A DNA stretch of 64,000 nucleotides from Patescibacteria group bacterium (GTDB lineage: Bacteria; Patescibacteriota; SICC01). The notes below the pieces were generated by a model. That model was not told where the DNA came from. It saw only the letters and a program-made list of their open reading frames with translations, and ran no database searches. The position numbers and the translations under genes were made by a program. Location of the stretch: assembly GCA_040902515.1 (NCBI GenBank), contig JBBDXB010000006.1, positions 499,419-563,418 of the forward strand. The letters run 5' to 3'. This document shows positions 18,700 through 29,357 of this stretch, piece after piece (the first letter of the stretch is position 1; each line of letters opens with the position of its first letter).

Positions 18700-19890
18700 G
18701 TGGTATGCCAGAATGGATACATGCGTGAAGCGACCGGATTCCCCGGACTCAAGCAGGCCGCCAAGCGGTTCGGCACGCCGCTCTACGTCTACGACGAGCG
18801 GGTGATCGCGGACCGGTACCGGGAGCTGGTGCGGTCGATCCGCTATCCGAAGCTCGAAGTCCACTACGCGATGAAGGCGAACGCGAACCCGCGGGTGCTC
18901 CGGCTCCTGCGACGGCTCGGTTCGGACGTGGAGACGGTCAGTCCCGGCGAGATCCGGCTCGCGAAGCAGGCCGGGTTCACGCCGAAGCAGATCGCGTTCA
19001 CGTGCGCCAGTGCGAGCGCGGCCGATCTGGATGCGGCCGTCCGCGGCGGCGCCACGGTGAACGCGGACTCGCTGCATCAGCTCGAGTACCTCGCGAAGCG
19101 GCTACCGAAGCGCCGGCCGCTCGGCGTGCGGATCAACCAGGGGATCGCCGGTGGCCATCACAAGCATGTGATGACCGGCGGACCGGATAGCAAGTTCGGG
19201 ATCGATCCCGGGCAAGTGCGGGACGCGCGGCGGATTGCCGCGAAGTACGGGCGGAAGATCAACGGGATCCACCAGCACATCGGCTCGAACGTGTTGGATC
19301 CGCCGCTGTTCGCCAAGGCGATGCGGGCGCTGCTCGGCACCGCCCGCCAGTTCGATGAGCTGGATTACGTGGACTTCGGCGGGGGATTCGGCGTGCCGTA
19401 CCGGCCCGATGAACCGCGGCTGGACATTCCGGAGCTCGGCCGGCTGATCGATAAGACGATGGCGGCGTTCATGGCTGCGGCCGGCTATGAGCCGCGGCTC
19501 GCGTTCGAGCCCGGGCGCTACCTGGTGGCGGAAGCCGGCACGCTTCTGGTGACCGTGACGGACTACAAGGTCACGCCGCACAAGGTATTCGTGGGCGTGG
19601 ATTCGGGATTCAATCAGCTGCTCCGCCCGGCGATGTACGGCTCGTACCATCACATCGAGAACGTCAGCAATCCGCGGGGTCGCCGCTGCACGGTGACGAT
19701 CGCGGGGAACGTCTGCGAATCGGGGGACGTGTTCGCGAGGGATCGGCCGCTTGCGGCGTCGCGGCTCGGCGACCTCCTCGCGATCCGCACCGCCGGCGCG
19801 TACGGTGAGACGATGGCCTCGACCTACAACGCGCGGCCGCTACCAAAGGCAGCCGTCATCACCACGGCGGGCAAGTTAGTCGCGAGCTGA
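18700..19890 (+). CDS. lysA: diaminopimelate decarboxylase (fold-type III PLP enzyme); alternative start at 18721
   Basis: YAMKAN (PLP-lysine), GGGFGVPY and ESGD motifs of the Orn/DAP/Arg decarboxylase family 2. Confidence 0.85.
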   Translation: MVCQNGYMREATGFPGLKQAAKRFGTPLYVYDERVIADRYRELVRSIRYPKLEVHYAMKANANPRVLRLLRRLGSDVETVSPGEIRLAKQAGFTPKQIAFTCASASAADLDAAVRGGATVNADSLHQLEYLAKRLPKRRPLGVRINQGIAGGHHKHVMTGGPDSKFGIDPGQVRDARRIAAKYGRKINGIHQHIGSNVLDPPLFAKAMRALLGTARQFDELDYVDFGGGFGVPYRPDEPRLDIPELGRLIDKTMAAFMAAAGYEPRLAFEPGRYLVAEAGTLLVTVTDYKVTPHKVFVGVDSGFNQLLRPAMYGSYHHIENVSNPRGRRCTVTIAGNVCESGDVFARDRPLAASRLGDLLAIRTAGAYGETMASTYNARPLPKAAVITTAGKLVAS

Positions 19891-20172
19891 CACAAGCAGA
19901 CTCACCGGCTCATACGTCGGCTCCTGCTCGCAGGCCGGATACAGCGTCGCGACGAACTCCTTGGTGTAGTCGGCGTCCTTGTGCCGCTCCTGCGCAGTGG
20001 CATCGGCGAACGTCATCAGATGCGCGAACGACCGTCCGTCCTCCTTGAGCCACGATTCGTAGCGGGTCTCCGGCTCCTGCTCGGCGATCGCGGCGACGAA
20101 CCGTCGGACCGCCTCTTTCACCGCCGCTTCCTGACCGGCTCGGACGGTGTACTGGATCAGCATCGAGGGCAT
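19876..20172 (-). CDS. antibiotic-biosynthesis-monooxygenase (ABM)-domain protein
   Basis: 98-aa ferredoxin-like ORF resembling ABM/quinol monooxygenase. Confidence 0.6.
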   Translation of the reverse strand: MPSMLIQYTVRAGQEAAVKEAVRRFVAAIAEQEPETRYESWLKEDGRSFAHLMTFADATAQERHKDADYTKEFVATLYPACEQEPTYEPVSLLVSARD

Positions 20173-20306
20173 GCCTTGAGCCTAGCAGAGAAGCGCGATT
20201 CCGGGCGGCCACCGGCGTGCCCAGGCGTGCTATCATGGCGGCAAACGCGGAACCGGCGCACGCACACGTATACGGCAGCGCGGTCCGCGCCAACACGCAC
20301 ACCAAC

Positions 20307-20987
20307 ATGAAACGCATCGCGGTCCTCATTTCGAACAAAAGCGGCGGCTCCAACCTGCAGGCCATGCTGGACGGGCAGGCCGACCGGTTCGACGGCCAGG
20401 TCGCGGTGGTCGCGTCCGACAAGGAAGATGCCTACGGCCTGGTGCGCGCCCGCGAAGCGGACGTGCCGACGGTGGTGCTCGACCACGCGGACTACGCGGC
20501 GCACGGCCGGCCCCGCTCACACTACGAGGAGGACCTCGCGCACAAGCTCCAACGGTTCGCGCCGGACCTGATCGTCCTGGCGGGCTGGACGTACGACCTG
20601 TCCGACGCGTTCCACCGGTACTTCCCGTGGCGGGTGCTCTCGGTGCATCCGGGACTGCTGCCGGATCCGGGGTATCACAAGTATAAGCTCCCGGACGGGA
20701 ACTTCGCCGATCCGTGTCTCGGCCTGACCGGCGAGAACGCGATCCAGGCGGTCCTGGCAGGCGGTCAGAAGTGGGCCGGCTCCAGCGTCTTCGCGCACAC
20801 GCCGGACGGCGGGGCGGGGCCGGTGTTCCAGCGCGCGGTGGTCGAGGTGCACGGCGGCGACACGGTCGAGAAGCTCTATGCCCGGATCAAGCCGGCGGAG
20901 CACAAGGCGCTGACCCGCGCCCTCGCCGAGATCTGCAGGGTTGCCGTCGCGCGCGCACCGCAGTACGGCGACGTACGCCGCGGTTGA
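20307..20987 (+). CDS. purN: phosphoribosylglycinamide formyltransferase
   Basis: MKRIAVLIS..G.NLQA N-terminus, LIVLAGW and SVHPGLLP formyl-transferase motifs; the start taken is the internal Met of the track ORF. Confidence 0.85.
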   Translation: MKRIAVLISNKSGGSNLQAMLDGQADRFDGQVAVVASDKEDAYGLVRAREADVPTVVLDHADYAAHGRPRSHYEEDLAHKLQRFAPDLIVLAGWTYDLSDAFHRYFPWRVLSVHPGLLPDPGYHKYKLPDGNFADPCLGLTGENAIQAVLAGGQKWAGSSVFAHTPDGGAGPVFQRAVVEVHGGDTVEKLYARIKPAEHKALTRALAEICRVAVARAPQYGDVRRG

Positions 20988-21032
20988 CGTACTTTCCGGG
21001 GCGCGGTATCAAGGGGTGTCACGGAGAAGCGC

Positions 21033-21689
21033 ATGATCGACGAACCCACACCCGACCACGGATTCGAACCGGACGGAGAGCCCGAGGAAGAACTCGCCGG
21101 ACTGCAGCCCGTGCAGGACCGCTTCTTCGTGGAATCGTTAGAAGCGCGGGAGCTTGAACGGGCTAGCCGGGTGCTCGACATCACGACGATCCACCGGCTG
21201 CCACGCCGGTTCCACGACGGCGACTTGGAGCGGTTCGAGGAACATGGCGTCAGCGTCCGTTTCGTGCCGTTCCGGGCGAACAGCCGTCCGGTTCCCGAGG
21301 CGTGGAAGGACGTGTTCACCCAGGCGGTGGATGGGCCGGGCTGGTATGCGGTCTACGAGGAGCCGCTGGATGCGGCGGCGATCGCCCGGCGCGGCATAAC
21401 GCAGGAGCCGGTCACGGTCGCGGAGTTCTTCGAGAGCCTGGGCCGGCTGCAGATGGACTTGCCCGGCAATCCCAACGCACCGCTCGTGCTCGCGAACGCG
21501 CCGGAGCTGTACTATTTATTGGACCGCGACTCCGGTTGGTTCGAGGACGGCGAGCTGATGTTGTCTTCGGCGCCGAGCGCCGATACCGCCCTCGCGTTAC
21601 GGTTCGACGGCCCGAAGGCGGAACAGCGGGAGTACCGGCTCGACGAACCCTTCGGCGGTGCTATCTATCCGCTCCGTCGCGTGGCTTGA
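21033..21689 (+). CDS. hypothetical protein (218 aa)
   Basis: ORF preceded by a GGAGAAG RBS. Confidence 0.5.
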   Translation: MIDEPTPDHGFEPDGEPEEELAGLQPVQDRFFVESLEARELERASRVLDITTIHRLPRRFHDGDLERFEEHGVSVRFVPFRANSRPVPEAWKDVFTQAVDGPGWYAVYEEPLDAAAIARRGITQEPVTVAEFFESLGRLQMDLPGNPNAPLVLANAPELYYLLDRDSGWFEDGELMLSSAPSADTALALRFDGPKAEQREYRLDEPFGGAIYPLRRVA

Positions 21690-22056
21690 GGCCTTGGCCT
21701 CTCGCCTGCTGCCGGGCCCTCTTGGCCGCCATGATCGCTTCCATGCTGGGGCCGTCGGCCGTGCGGATCGGCGGAACCTTTCCGTCCCGTCGCTCGGCAC
21801 TGCGGCGAAGGTAGTTGCCTACGCCGTTTGGAAACGTCTCTATCAAGCGGTTCAGCCCTTCTCCGTCGCGGAAGGAGCCGTCCCGCCGGGCCGAACGGGC
21901 CTGGAAGGTGTCGGTATCGGGAGTGTCCGTCGCATCGGCATCGGGGATACTTGCTACTTCAGGGACGGCAGGAACGGACTCGGATCCGGGTTCGACTAAC
22001 GACTCCGGCTCGGCGTCGGGATTGAATCCTGATCCTGTCTCTGCTCGTAGGCTCAC
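21661..22056 (-). CDS. hypothetical acidic/disordered protein (131 aa), downstream of smpB
   Basis: ORF only; composition looks low-complexity. Confidence 0.25.
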   Translation of the reverse strand: MSLRAETGSGFNPDAEPESLVEPGSESVPAVPEVASIPDADATDTPDTDTFQARSARRDGSFRDGEGLNRLIETFPNGVGNYLRRSAERRDGKVPPIRTADGPSMEAIMAAKRARQQARGQGLKPRDGADR

Positions 22057-22096
22057 GATTCCTAAGTCTACGGATTCTCAGAAATTTGTCAATGGA

Positions 22097-22561
22097 CTAG
22101 CTTTTCGTGGCACGCTTGACCGCTTGTGCGGTCTCGCGGTCCGCCTGGCGGCGCTTCAGCGTCTCGCGCTTATCGTGCGCTTTCTTACCCCGGGCAAGGG
22201 CGATCTCGAGTTTCACCAGTCCTTTGCTGAGGCCGACCGTGACCGGCACAAGGGTACGGCCCTTCTCGCGCGTGGCGCCGACCAGCTTGTCGAGTTCGCT
22301 GCGATGGAGCAGGAGCTTCCGGGTGCGGGTCGGATCGGGTCCGCTGCCGTCCGCCTGGGCGGCGGCCGCATGCCAGGGTTTGACGTGCGCGCCGACCAGG
22401 TACGCCTCGCCGCCGCGGATCGTCACGTACGCTTCCTGGATCGAGATGTCGCCTGCCTTGATCGACTTCACCTCGCCGCCGGTCAGCGCGATGCCCGCCT
22501 CGTACGTTTGCTCGAAGAGGTAGTCGTGCCGCGCGCGCCGGTTCTTCGCGATGACTTTCAT
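22097..22561 (-). CDS. smpB: SsrA-binding protein
   Basis: KVIAKNRRARHDYLFEQTYEAGIALTGGEVKS and KLLLHRSEL signature motifs; internal Met start of the track ORF. Confidence 0.9.
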   Translation of the reverse strand: MKVIAKNRRARHDYLFEQTYEAGIALTGGEVKSIKAGDISIQEAYVTIRGGEAYLVGAHVKPWHAAAAQADGSGPDPTRTRKLLLHRSELDKLVGATREKGRTLVPVTVGLSKGLVKLEIALARGKKAHDKRETLKRRQADRETAQAVKRATKS

Positions 22562-22708
22562 GGTTCGATTATGCCTCATCTGACGGAACACGACGCGGGA
22601 TCGGCACATACAAAAGGAAAAGCGGCCGGAGAAACGGGAGTGTGATTGTTTCTCCGGCCGCGCGGGGTGTCGTGTCGTCCGGATGGTGGCAGGTCCGCGA
22701 AGCAGCGG

Positions 22709-22867
22709 TCACCGGGTCTGGGACGGAGGAGTCGGGTCGTGGGGTGTTCCATACCTGTCCTCAGCGCCAGCAGTGATGGCAATCAGGGCCACCACCAGGC
22801 AGACGATCCCGACGATCACGACAGTCGGCGACATGCCGGTGGGGCTGCCATTGTCCTTCCGTTGCAT
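22709..22867 (-). CDS. 52-aa single-TM protein (MQRKDNGSPTGMSPTVVIVGIVCLVVALIAITAGAEDRYG...)
   Basis: Hand-translated; SD GGAAAGGAAT 5 nt upstream; a clear TM helix. Confidence 0.3.
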   Translation of the reverse strand: MQRKDNGSPTGMSPTVVIVGIVCLVVALIAITAGAEDRYGTPHDPTPPSQTR

Positions 22868-22938
22868 AGCGATTCCTTTCCGGTTGTGAACGAACGTTTT
22901 ACCTGGACCTGCGAACGACGGATAATGGTATCAATCCT

Positions 22939-24504
22939 ATGCTTGCTCAACAAATACGCACACTGCTTACGAAACTTGCCGAGGCGGAAGACGCCGGCTT
23001 TTCCGTCGAGCGGCCGAAGCAGCCGGAACACGGCGACTACGCCTCGAACGTGGCGATGGTGCTTGGCAAGAAGCGGGGCGTGAATCCGCGGAGCCTGGCC
23101 GAACAGCTTCAGGAAAAGCTCTCGACCGAGGAGATGTTCAACGCGGTCGAAGTGGCCGGGCCGGGGTTCCTCAACTTCCGGTTGAGCCCGGCCGCCTGGC
23201 AGGGGGTGGTCGCGGAAATCCTGGGGGCGGACAAGGACTTGGGGCGGCTCCCCGAGACCGGCCGGAAGGTCCAGGTCGAGTTCATTTCCGCCAACCCGAC
23301 CGGCCCGCTCACGCTCGGCAACGGACGCGGTGGGTACGGTGGCGACGTCCTGGCGAACGTCCTGGCCCGGGCGGGGCACACGGTCAGCCGCGAGTACTAC
23401 CTGAACGACGCGGGCTTCCAGGTGGAGCAGCTCGGCGCCACGCTCAAAGGCGAGGAAGACGCCTACAAGGGCGAGTACGTCGCGGAGCTCAAGACCAAGG
23501 TGGACGCGTCGAAGACCGCGGCTGAGGTGGGGACCGCTGCCGCGGAGCTGATGACCGAAGAGATCCGGAAGACGATCGGGCGGATGGGCATCCGGTTCGA
23601 CTCCTGGTTCTCGGAGCGGAAGGAGCTCCATGACAGCGGCGAGACCGCGCGGGTCCTGGGCGACCTCGAGAAGATCGACGCGACCTACGAGAAGGACGGC
23701 GCGCTCTGGCTCAAGACGACCCACCACGACGACGACAAGGACCGCGTGCTCCGGAAGTCCGACGGCGCGCTCACGTACTTCGCCGCCGACCTGGCCTACC
23801 ACTACCACAAGCTGGCGAAGCGTCAGTTCGACCTGGCGATCGACATCTGGGGCGCCGACCACCACGGCTACATCAAGCGGCTCGAAGCGGGGGCGGAGTT
23901 CCTCCGGCAGGCCGAGCACTTCGAGGGGAAGTTACAGATCGTGATCACGCAGTTGGTCCGCCTGACCCGCGAGGGACAGGAAGTGAAGATGAGCAAGCGC
24001 GCCGGGACCTATGTGACGCTCGACGAGCTGCTCGACGAGGTGCCGTCCGACGTGGCGCGCTTCTTCTTCGTGATGCGCGGCTGGGATACCCACATGGACT
24101 TCGACCTCGACCTGGCCAAAGAGCAGAGCCAGAAGAATCCCGTCTACTACCTGAAGTACGCGTACGCGCGGGTGGCGGGGATCCTCCGGCAGGCCGGCCG
24201 CGGCGCGAAGAAGAAGGACGCGGAACTCGATCGGCTCGTCGAACCGGCGGAGTTCGCGCTGATCCAGGAGCTGGCCGGCTTCCCCGAGGTGATCCGCCAG
24301 ACGGCGGAGGACTACCAGATCCAGCGGGTGCCGCACTACGCGCTCGGCGTGGCCGACGCGTTCCACAAGTTCTACGAGCAGTGCCGGGTGGTGTCGGACG
24401 ACAAGGAGCTTACCGCGGCACGGCTCAAGCTGGTCGAGGCCACGAAGCTGACGCTTGAACAGGTCGGCGAGACGCTCGGCATCGAGATGCCGGAGAAACT
24501 GTAG
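22939..24504 (+). CDS. argS: arginine--tRNA ligase
   Basis: P(E)HGDY(A)SN N-terminal motif; class I HIGH-like region (SANPTGPLTLGNGRG) and KMSKR motif. Confidence 0.9.
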   Translation: MLAQQIRTLLTKLAEAEDAGFSVERPKQPEHGDYASNVAMVLGKKRGVNPRSLAEQLQEKLSTEEMFNAVEVAGPGFLNFRLSPAAWQGVVAEILGADKDLGRLPETGRKVQVEFISANPTGPLTLGNGRGGYGGDVLANVLARAGHTVSREYYLNDAGFQVEQLGATLKGEEDAYKGEYVAELKTKVDASKTAAEVGTAAAELMTEEIRKTIGRMGIRFDSWFSERKELHDSGETARVLGDLEKIDATYEKDGALWLKTTHHDDDKDRVLRKSDGALTYFAADLAYHYHKLAKRQFDLAIDIWGADHHGYIKRLEAGAEFLRQAEHFEGKLQIVITQLVRLTREGQEVKMSKRAGTYVTLDELLDEVPSDVARFFFVMRGWDTHMDFDLDLAKEQSQKNPVYYLKYAYARVAGILRQAGRGAKKKDAELDRLVEPAEFALIQELAGFPEVIRQTAEDYQIQRVPHYALGVADAFHKFYEQCRVVSDDKELTAARLKLVEATKLTLEQVGETLGIEMPEKL

Positions 24505-26850
24505 CTACAGTTTGATCTGCCAGAGCCGGTTCCCGGAGAGCACGAACAGCTCCTCCGTCTTGTCGTCGACGACGATGTCGGTGATGTCGCCGAAATCGTC
24601 GCTCCGGAACTGGCGGACGTAGGCACCGTCGGCGTTGAACTCGACCACCCGTTCCCGCTTCGGGTCGGCCACGAACAGGTGGTCGTTCGCGAAGTTGATC
24701 GCGAACGCGGTCGCGCCGTCGAGGGAACTATCCGGGGCGGGCGGTTTGGCGAGCGGCAGGTCCGCCGGTTCGCCGCCGCTGGCACGGATCACCGTGCCGT
24801 CCGACTTCAGGATGTGCACCGCCGCACCGGTCACGATGTCGACCGCGCCTTCCAGGTCGACCTCGCCATCGAAGTACGGTTCGCCGCGGTTGAACGCGGA
24901 GAGCGTCCGGGTGTGGCGCCAGACCTGGTCGTCATCGGGCGAAAGGATGTACGCGTTCTGCTGGACGGTGTCGACCGCCGTACCGCGCTCCCAGCTGCCG
25001 CCGGTTCCGATCGCGATTTCCGCGGCCGCGCCGGACGCGGTGTCGAGCTGGACCAGCGCCGGCTTGTCGGTCAGCAGGAGGACGTCACCGTTCGAGGTCG
25101 TCGCGGTGCCGGTGACCGCGCTCTGTGCCGGTGGCTCCTCGCCGACGGTGGTCTCGCTGCCGTTCAGGTTGAAGGTGACGACCGGCGATCGCTTGCCGAA
25201 CGCGTAGAGGCTGGTGCCGGACTGGGCCATCGAGATCAGCGGGCTGTCCGCCCGCTCCCGGAAGTCGACGATCGGCTCCTGGACCCGGACCACCACGTTG
25301 ATCCGGTCCGCCGAGACGGTCAGGCTCTTTTGGAGCGCGGACACCTCGTCCTCGAGGACACCCTCTCGCTCGAGTTCGTCCGCCTGCATTCTGGCTTCGG
25401 CGAGCTGCTTCCGCGCGCCGGGCACGTCCTTGAAGATGAAGCTCGCCTCCGCCTTGGCCTGGAGCTCCTCGACCTGCTCGATCCGTTCGCGGACGTCGGC
25501 TTCGGCCTTGCGGTTCTGGGCGGCATTCACGGAGAGCGCGATGCTGATCAGCAGGATCAGCGCGCCGGCCAGGATCAGGTTCCGGTAGAGGGTCCGCTTG
25601 TCACCGGCGAACTGGTCCCGCCAGGGAAGGGTAGCTACCCGCTGGTAGACCGGAGCGGTGACCTTCCGGACGGCTCCGGAGACGCGCTGCCAGGCACCGG
25701 AACGCGGAATGCCGCTCTTCTCCCAGAGCTCCCCGAGCTTGCGGGTGACGGGACGGGCGGACTCGGCCGCCTGCCGGCCGAACCGCCGGACGGTCTCCAG
25801 GGCGGCATTCCGACTTCCGGCACCGGCCGCCGGCCGGTCGGAACGCGGCTTCGGGTGCTCCGTCTCGGGAGTGCCGGCGGCGTGCCGCGGCGGAGGTGGG
25901 GGCGCCTCGCCCTTTCGGGAAGCCTGCCAGGAACGGACCCGGTGGGTCAGCCCTGCCGTGGCCCGCTGGACCTGTGGCCGGAGTTCTCGTTCCCAACGCT
26001 TGCGGGTCTTGTCGACCAGCTCGGCGGCCGGGGTGTCCTTGCGGAGCGGCCGGAGCCGCTGGAGTGATTCGAAGTGCCGGCGCGGCGCGGACAGGATGAT
26101 CTCGTTCGGTTCGTCGGAGAGGGTTTCCGTGGAGATCAGATCCACGGTAGTGAGTTCGACGAACACCGACGCGAACCGTTCCGGCCGCTGCTCGGTGAGT
26201 TGTTCGGCGAGCTTCTGGATCGTGCGGATCGGCGGATGCAGGAAGACGGTACGGCGGAGGTCTCGGATCTGGATTCGCTCCAGCAGTTCCGGCGTGGCCA
26301 GCACCAGCTTGTCGCCGACCTCGAGCGCGCCCTCCGCGACGTTCAGGAACGTCTTCGCGGTCTGACCGCCGGCCGGCGGCTCGGAAAGCCCTTCGGTGAT
26401 GTCGGTGGAGGAGTGGCCCCGGACGAGGTACGCCTTGGCGTTTCCGGCCTGGGTCACGAAGATGTGATTCTCGTGGACCACGGAGATGACCGCGTTCAGC
26501 CTGCCGACCCAGTCGGACTGTCCTTCGGCGGCCAGGTCGGCCAGCGTCTGGTTGAGCACCGTGAGGGCGTGCTCGAACGCGTCACCGACGGAGCGGTTGA
26601 GGTCCCCGAAGAACTCGCGCTGGAACGTGTCGGTGATGATCTCACCGACGTCGTAGGCATCGTTAGTGAAGGGGATATCCGTGACGATATAAACCCGTCC
26701 GTACTGGCGTTCGAGGAAGTTTTCCGACTCTTCGGCGACCGCCCGGGCTATGCCGGTTTCGGTCTGGTTGAGGAGCCGCGCGTCCTTGGTGGTGTACTGG
26801 AGGTTCTCGGGGTGCTCGCCCCCGAACTCCAATCCGTCGGATTCAGGCAT
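24505..26850 (-). CDS. membrane protein with N-terminal PP2C-like phosphatase-fold domain, one TM helix and a C-terminal NHL-like beta-propeller
   Basis: HENHIFVTQAGNAKAYLVRG resembles the PP2C GDSRAYL motif; TM segment LILAGALILLISIALSV; C-terminal repeated hydrophobic-Asp-Gly blades. Confidence 0.6.
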   Translation of the reverse strand: MPESDGLEFGGEHPENLQYTTKDARLLNQTETGIARAVAEESENFLERQYGRVYIVTDIPFTNDAYDVGEIITDTFQREFFGDLNRSVGDAFEHALTVLNQTLADLAAEGQSDWVGRLNAVISVVHENHIFVTQAGNAKAYLVRGHSSTDITEGLSEPPAGGQTAKTFLNVAEGALEVGDKLVLATPELLERIQIRDLRRTVFLHPPIRTIQKLAEQLTEQRPERFASVFVELTTVDLISTETLSDEPNEIILSAPRRHFESLQRLRPLRKDTPAAELVDKTRKRWERELRPQVQRATAGLTHRVRSWQASRKGEAPPPPPRHAAGTPETEHPKPRSDRPAAGAGSRNAALETVRRFGRQAAESARPVTRKLGELWEKSGIPRSGAWQRVSGAVRKVTAPVYQRVATLPWRDQFAGDKRTLYRNLILAGALILLISIALSVNAAQNRKAEADVRERIEQVEELQAKAEASFIFKDVPGARKQLAEARMQADELEREGVLEDEVSALQKSLTVSADRINVVVRVQEPIVDFRERADSPLISMAQSGTSLYAFGKRSPVVTFNLNGSETTVGEEPPAQSAVTGTATTSNGDVLLLTDKPALVQLDTASGAAAEIAIGTGGSWERGTAVDTVQQNAYILSPDDDQVWRHTRTLSAFNRGEPYFDGEVDLEGAVDIVTGAAVHILKSDGTVIRASGGEPADLPLAKPPAPDSSLDGATAFAINFANDHLFVADPKRERVVEFNADGAYVRQFRSDDFGDITDIVVDDKTEELFVLSGNRLWQIKL

Positions 26851-26951
26851 AACGGATTACAGTATAGCGATTTCTGTTCCGACGGACACGCAGGGAGGGG
26901 AAGGCCGGACCCGGGGCGGGCCGTCGCGGCAAATAACAGTGCTACGCTGGA

Positions 26952-28424
26952 GTGGTGAGGACCATGACACGCCGCGACTGGTGGATCCTCGGCGGGCTGA
27001 CGCTCGCCGCGTTGCTACTCCGGTTCGTGAACCTGGGCCATCCCGGCGAGATCATCTTCGACGAGACGTACTTCGCGGTCTTCGCGCAGAACTACCTGAC
27101 CGCGACGCCGTTCTTCGACGCGGAGCCGCCGCTCGGCAAGTTCCTGATCGCCGGCGGGCAGTGGCTCTTCGGCAACGACTCCTTCGGCTGGCGGTTCGCG
27201 CCGGCGCTGTTCGGCGCGGCGGTGGTCCCGCTGCTCTACCTGCTCGCCAAGCGCCTGTTCGGCGGGGTGCTGGTCCCGGCGATCGCCGGCGTACTCGCGC
27301 TGCTCGACGGCTTCCTGCTCGTTGAGTCGCGGACGGCCGTGCTGGACGGCTTCGTCGTCTTCTTCAACGTCCTGACCTACTTCCTGTTCCTGGCCAGCTT
27401 GCAGGCGAAGACCCGCCGGGCCGCGTACCGCTGGCTGGTCGCGACGGGGGTGGCGTTCGGACTCGGGCTCTCGCTCAAGTGGATCACCCTGGCGTTCATC
27501 GCGCCGGCCGTCGGCCTGCTCCTGGTGTACGCGTTCCGTGACCGCCGCCGGATCAGACGGTTCTTCAAGGTTCGCTCCGGCGACCGGCTCCTGGCTGCGC
27601 TCGGCGCCCGGAAGGAGAACCTCTTCCGGGCGGAGCACTACGTCGCGTGGCTGGTGGTCGCGCCGGTGATCATCTACACGGCGATCTTTGCGATCCACGT
27701 GCCGTTCGATTCGACCGGCGAGAACGCCGCTGGCATCCACAAGCAGATCTGGAACTACCACCACAACCTGGATGCCACGCATCCGTACGGTTCGGACTGG
27801 TTCACCTGGCCGGCGATGATCCGGCCGGTGGCGTACTACTTCAAGGTCGTCGAGGGGCAGTGGCAGGGCATCATCGCGATGGGGAACCCCGTCGTCTGGT
27901 GGGGTGGGCTGCTGGCCGTGATCTTCGCGGCCGTGGCCGCGGTCCGGCGGCGGAGCCTGGTCCTGGTCTTCGTTCTCTTCGCGATCCTGGCGCACTACGC
28001 GCCGTGGGCGCTGATCGACCGGGTACTCTTCATCTACCACTACGCGGGGGCGCTCCCGTTCGTGATCCTGGCGCTGGCATACGCGCTCGGCCAGAGCTGG
28101 CAGTGGCGGCCGAAGGACCCGTGGCCGCAGTCACTGGTCTGGCTCGGCCTGATCGCGGCGAACGGCGTGCTCGGCGGACTGCTCCTGCGCTCGGCGCTCG
28201 GCGGGGATGTCACCTGGTTCACGGTCGGGACGCTTCTGGCCGGTGGCGTGACGCTGGTGTGGGCAGGTGCGAACGTGCCCCGCTGGCGGTGGGGAAAGAA
28301 ACAGAGCGTGGCTTTCCTGGCCCTGGCGCTGCTGGCGTTCGCCTACTTCTATCCGGTCTGGACGGGAGTCGGGCTCGACGCTACGGATTACGGTAGGCGG
28401 ATGTGGCTAGGGAGTTGGATTTGA
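26952..28424 (+). CDS. pmt: protein O-mannosyltransferase (GT39 / PMT family); ATG alternative at 26964
   Basis: FDETYF (DE motif of PMTs) in loop 1, multi-TM, 490 aa. Confidence 0.8.
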   Translation: MVRTMTRRDWWILGGLTLAALLLRFVNLGHPGEIIFDETYFAVFAQNYLTATPFFDAEPPLGKFLIAGGQWLFGNDSFGWRFAPALFGAAVVPLLYLLAKRLFGGVLVPAIAGVLALLDGFLLVESRTAVLDGFVVFFNVLTYFLFLASLQAKTRRAAYRWLVATGVAFGLGLSLKWITLAFIAPAVGLLLVYAFRDRRRIRRFFKVRSGDRLLAALGARKENLFRAEHYVAWLVVAPVIIYTAIFAIHVPFDSTGENAAGIHKQIWNYHHNLDATHPYGSDWFTWPAMIRPVAYYFKVVEGQWQGIIAMGNPVVWWGGLLAVIFAAVAAVRRRSLVLVFVLFAILAHYAPWALIDRVLFIYHYAGALPFVILALAYALGQSWQWRPKDPWPQSLVWLGLIAANGVLGGLLLRSALGGDVTWFTVGTLLAGGVTLVWAGANVPRWRWGKKQSVAFLALALLAFAYFYPVWTGVGLDATDYGRRMWLGSWI

Positions 28425-28535
28425 GGTCTGCGGCATGCGGATGCGCCGGACAGGACTGGATCCGTGAAGCCTGTCCGGCTATAAGTCTCAGCATCCGCAG
28501 TTACCGCAGACGCTCAAATCGATAACGCACGAAGG

Positions 28536-29291
28536 ATGGAATCTGTCGCAGCCAATCCAGGGGTCCAACTGCTCGGCCTGCTGGTGGCCACGCTGGTCTT
28601 GTCGTACGCCGCGAACCGGTTCCTGGCGCGGGTGTTCGTCGGGCGGACGTACCGGTTCCTGATCGCGCCGGGCGTGATCGTCCACGAGTATTCGCACGCG
28701 CTGGCCTGCGTTCTGACCGGCGCACGGATCCGGCAGGTCCGGGTGTTCGACGCGCGCGGCGGGGCGGTGGTGCACGAGGAGCCGCGGGCGCCGCTCGGTG
28801 ACGGGATCATCAGCGTGGCACCGATCCTCGGCGCGGCGACCGCGGTATACCTCCTGGCCCTGGCGCTGGTGCCGGGCTTCGTCGGCTTCGGCGAGCTTTC
28901 CATCTCCTCCTGGCAGTTCTTCGTCTTCGCGTACCTGGCCTCGGCGATCACCGCGGCGATGGCGCCGAGCCTGCAGGACCTCCGGGCCGGACTGGCTGCG
29001 TTCGTCGCGCTCTGCGCGATCATCGGACTTGGTGCGCTCAGCCCGGGACTGTCCGATTACGCGGGTGCCGTCCTCGGAACCGAGTTCGAGCGGGTACGGG
29101 GCATCGTCCTCTTCAGCCTGATCGTCCTGGCGACGCTGGCCGCCGCGGCGGGCGCCGCGTACGCGGTACTCCACCGCACGACCCGGCAAGGGGTGCGGTA
29201 CGTCCGCGAGCCGGAACGGTCGGACCACGGCCCGGGCGGCGGGAAAGGCCGGCGTGCCTCGGGCGACCGCGGCGGCGGATTGTTCGAGTGA
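28536..29291 (+). CDS. putative integral-membrane zinc metalloprotease (HExxH)
   Basis: VIVHEYSHALA HExxH motif within a polytopic membrane protein. Confidence 0.45.
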   Translation: MESVAANPGVQLLGLLVATLVLSYAANRFLARVFVGRTYRFLIAPGVIVHEYSHALACVLTGARIRQVRVFDARGGAVVHEEPRAPLGDGIISVAPILGAATAVYLLALALVPGFVGFGELSISSWQFFVFAYLASAITAAMAPSLQDLRAGLAAFVALCAIIGLGALSPGLSDYAGAVLGTEFERVRGIVLFSLIVLATLAAAAGAAYAVLHRTTRQGVRYVREPERSDHGPGGGKGRRASGDRGGGLFE

Positions 29292-29357
29292 CCGCACCCG
29301 GCCGATTGCGGCCAGCGGCCGGTCGGGGTAGCATTCGCATCGAACACCGATAGACAT

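Noticed and set aside
21815-22645. 276-aa plus-strand ORF
   Set aside because: Antisense to smpB
22816-23919. 367-aa minus-strand ORF
   Set aside because: Antisense to argS
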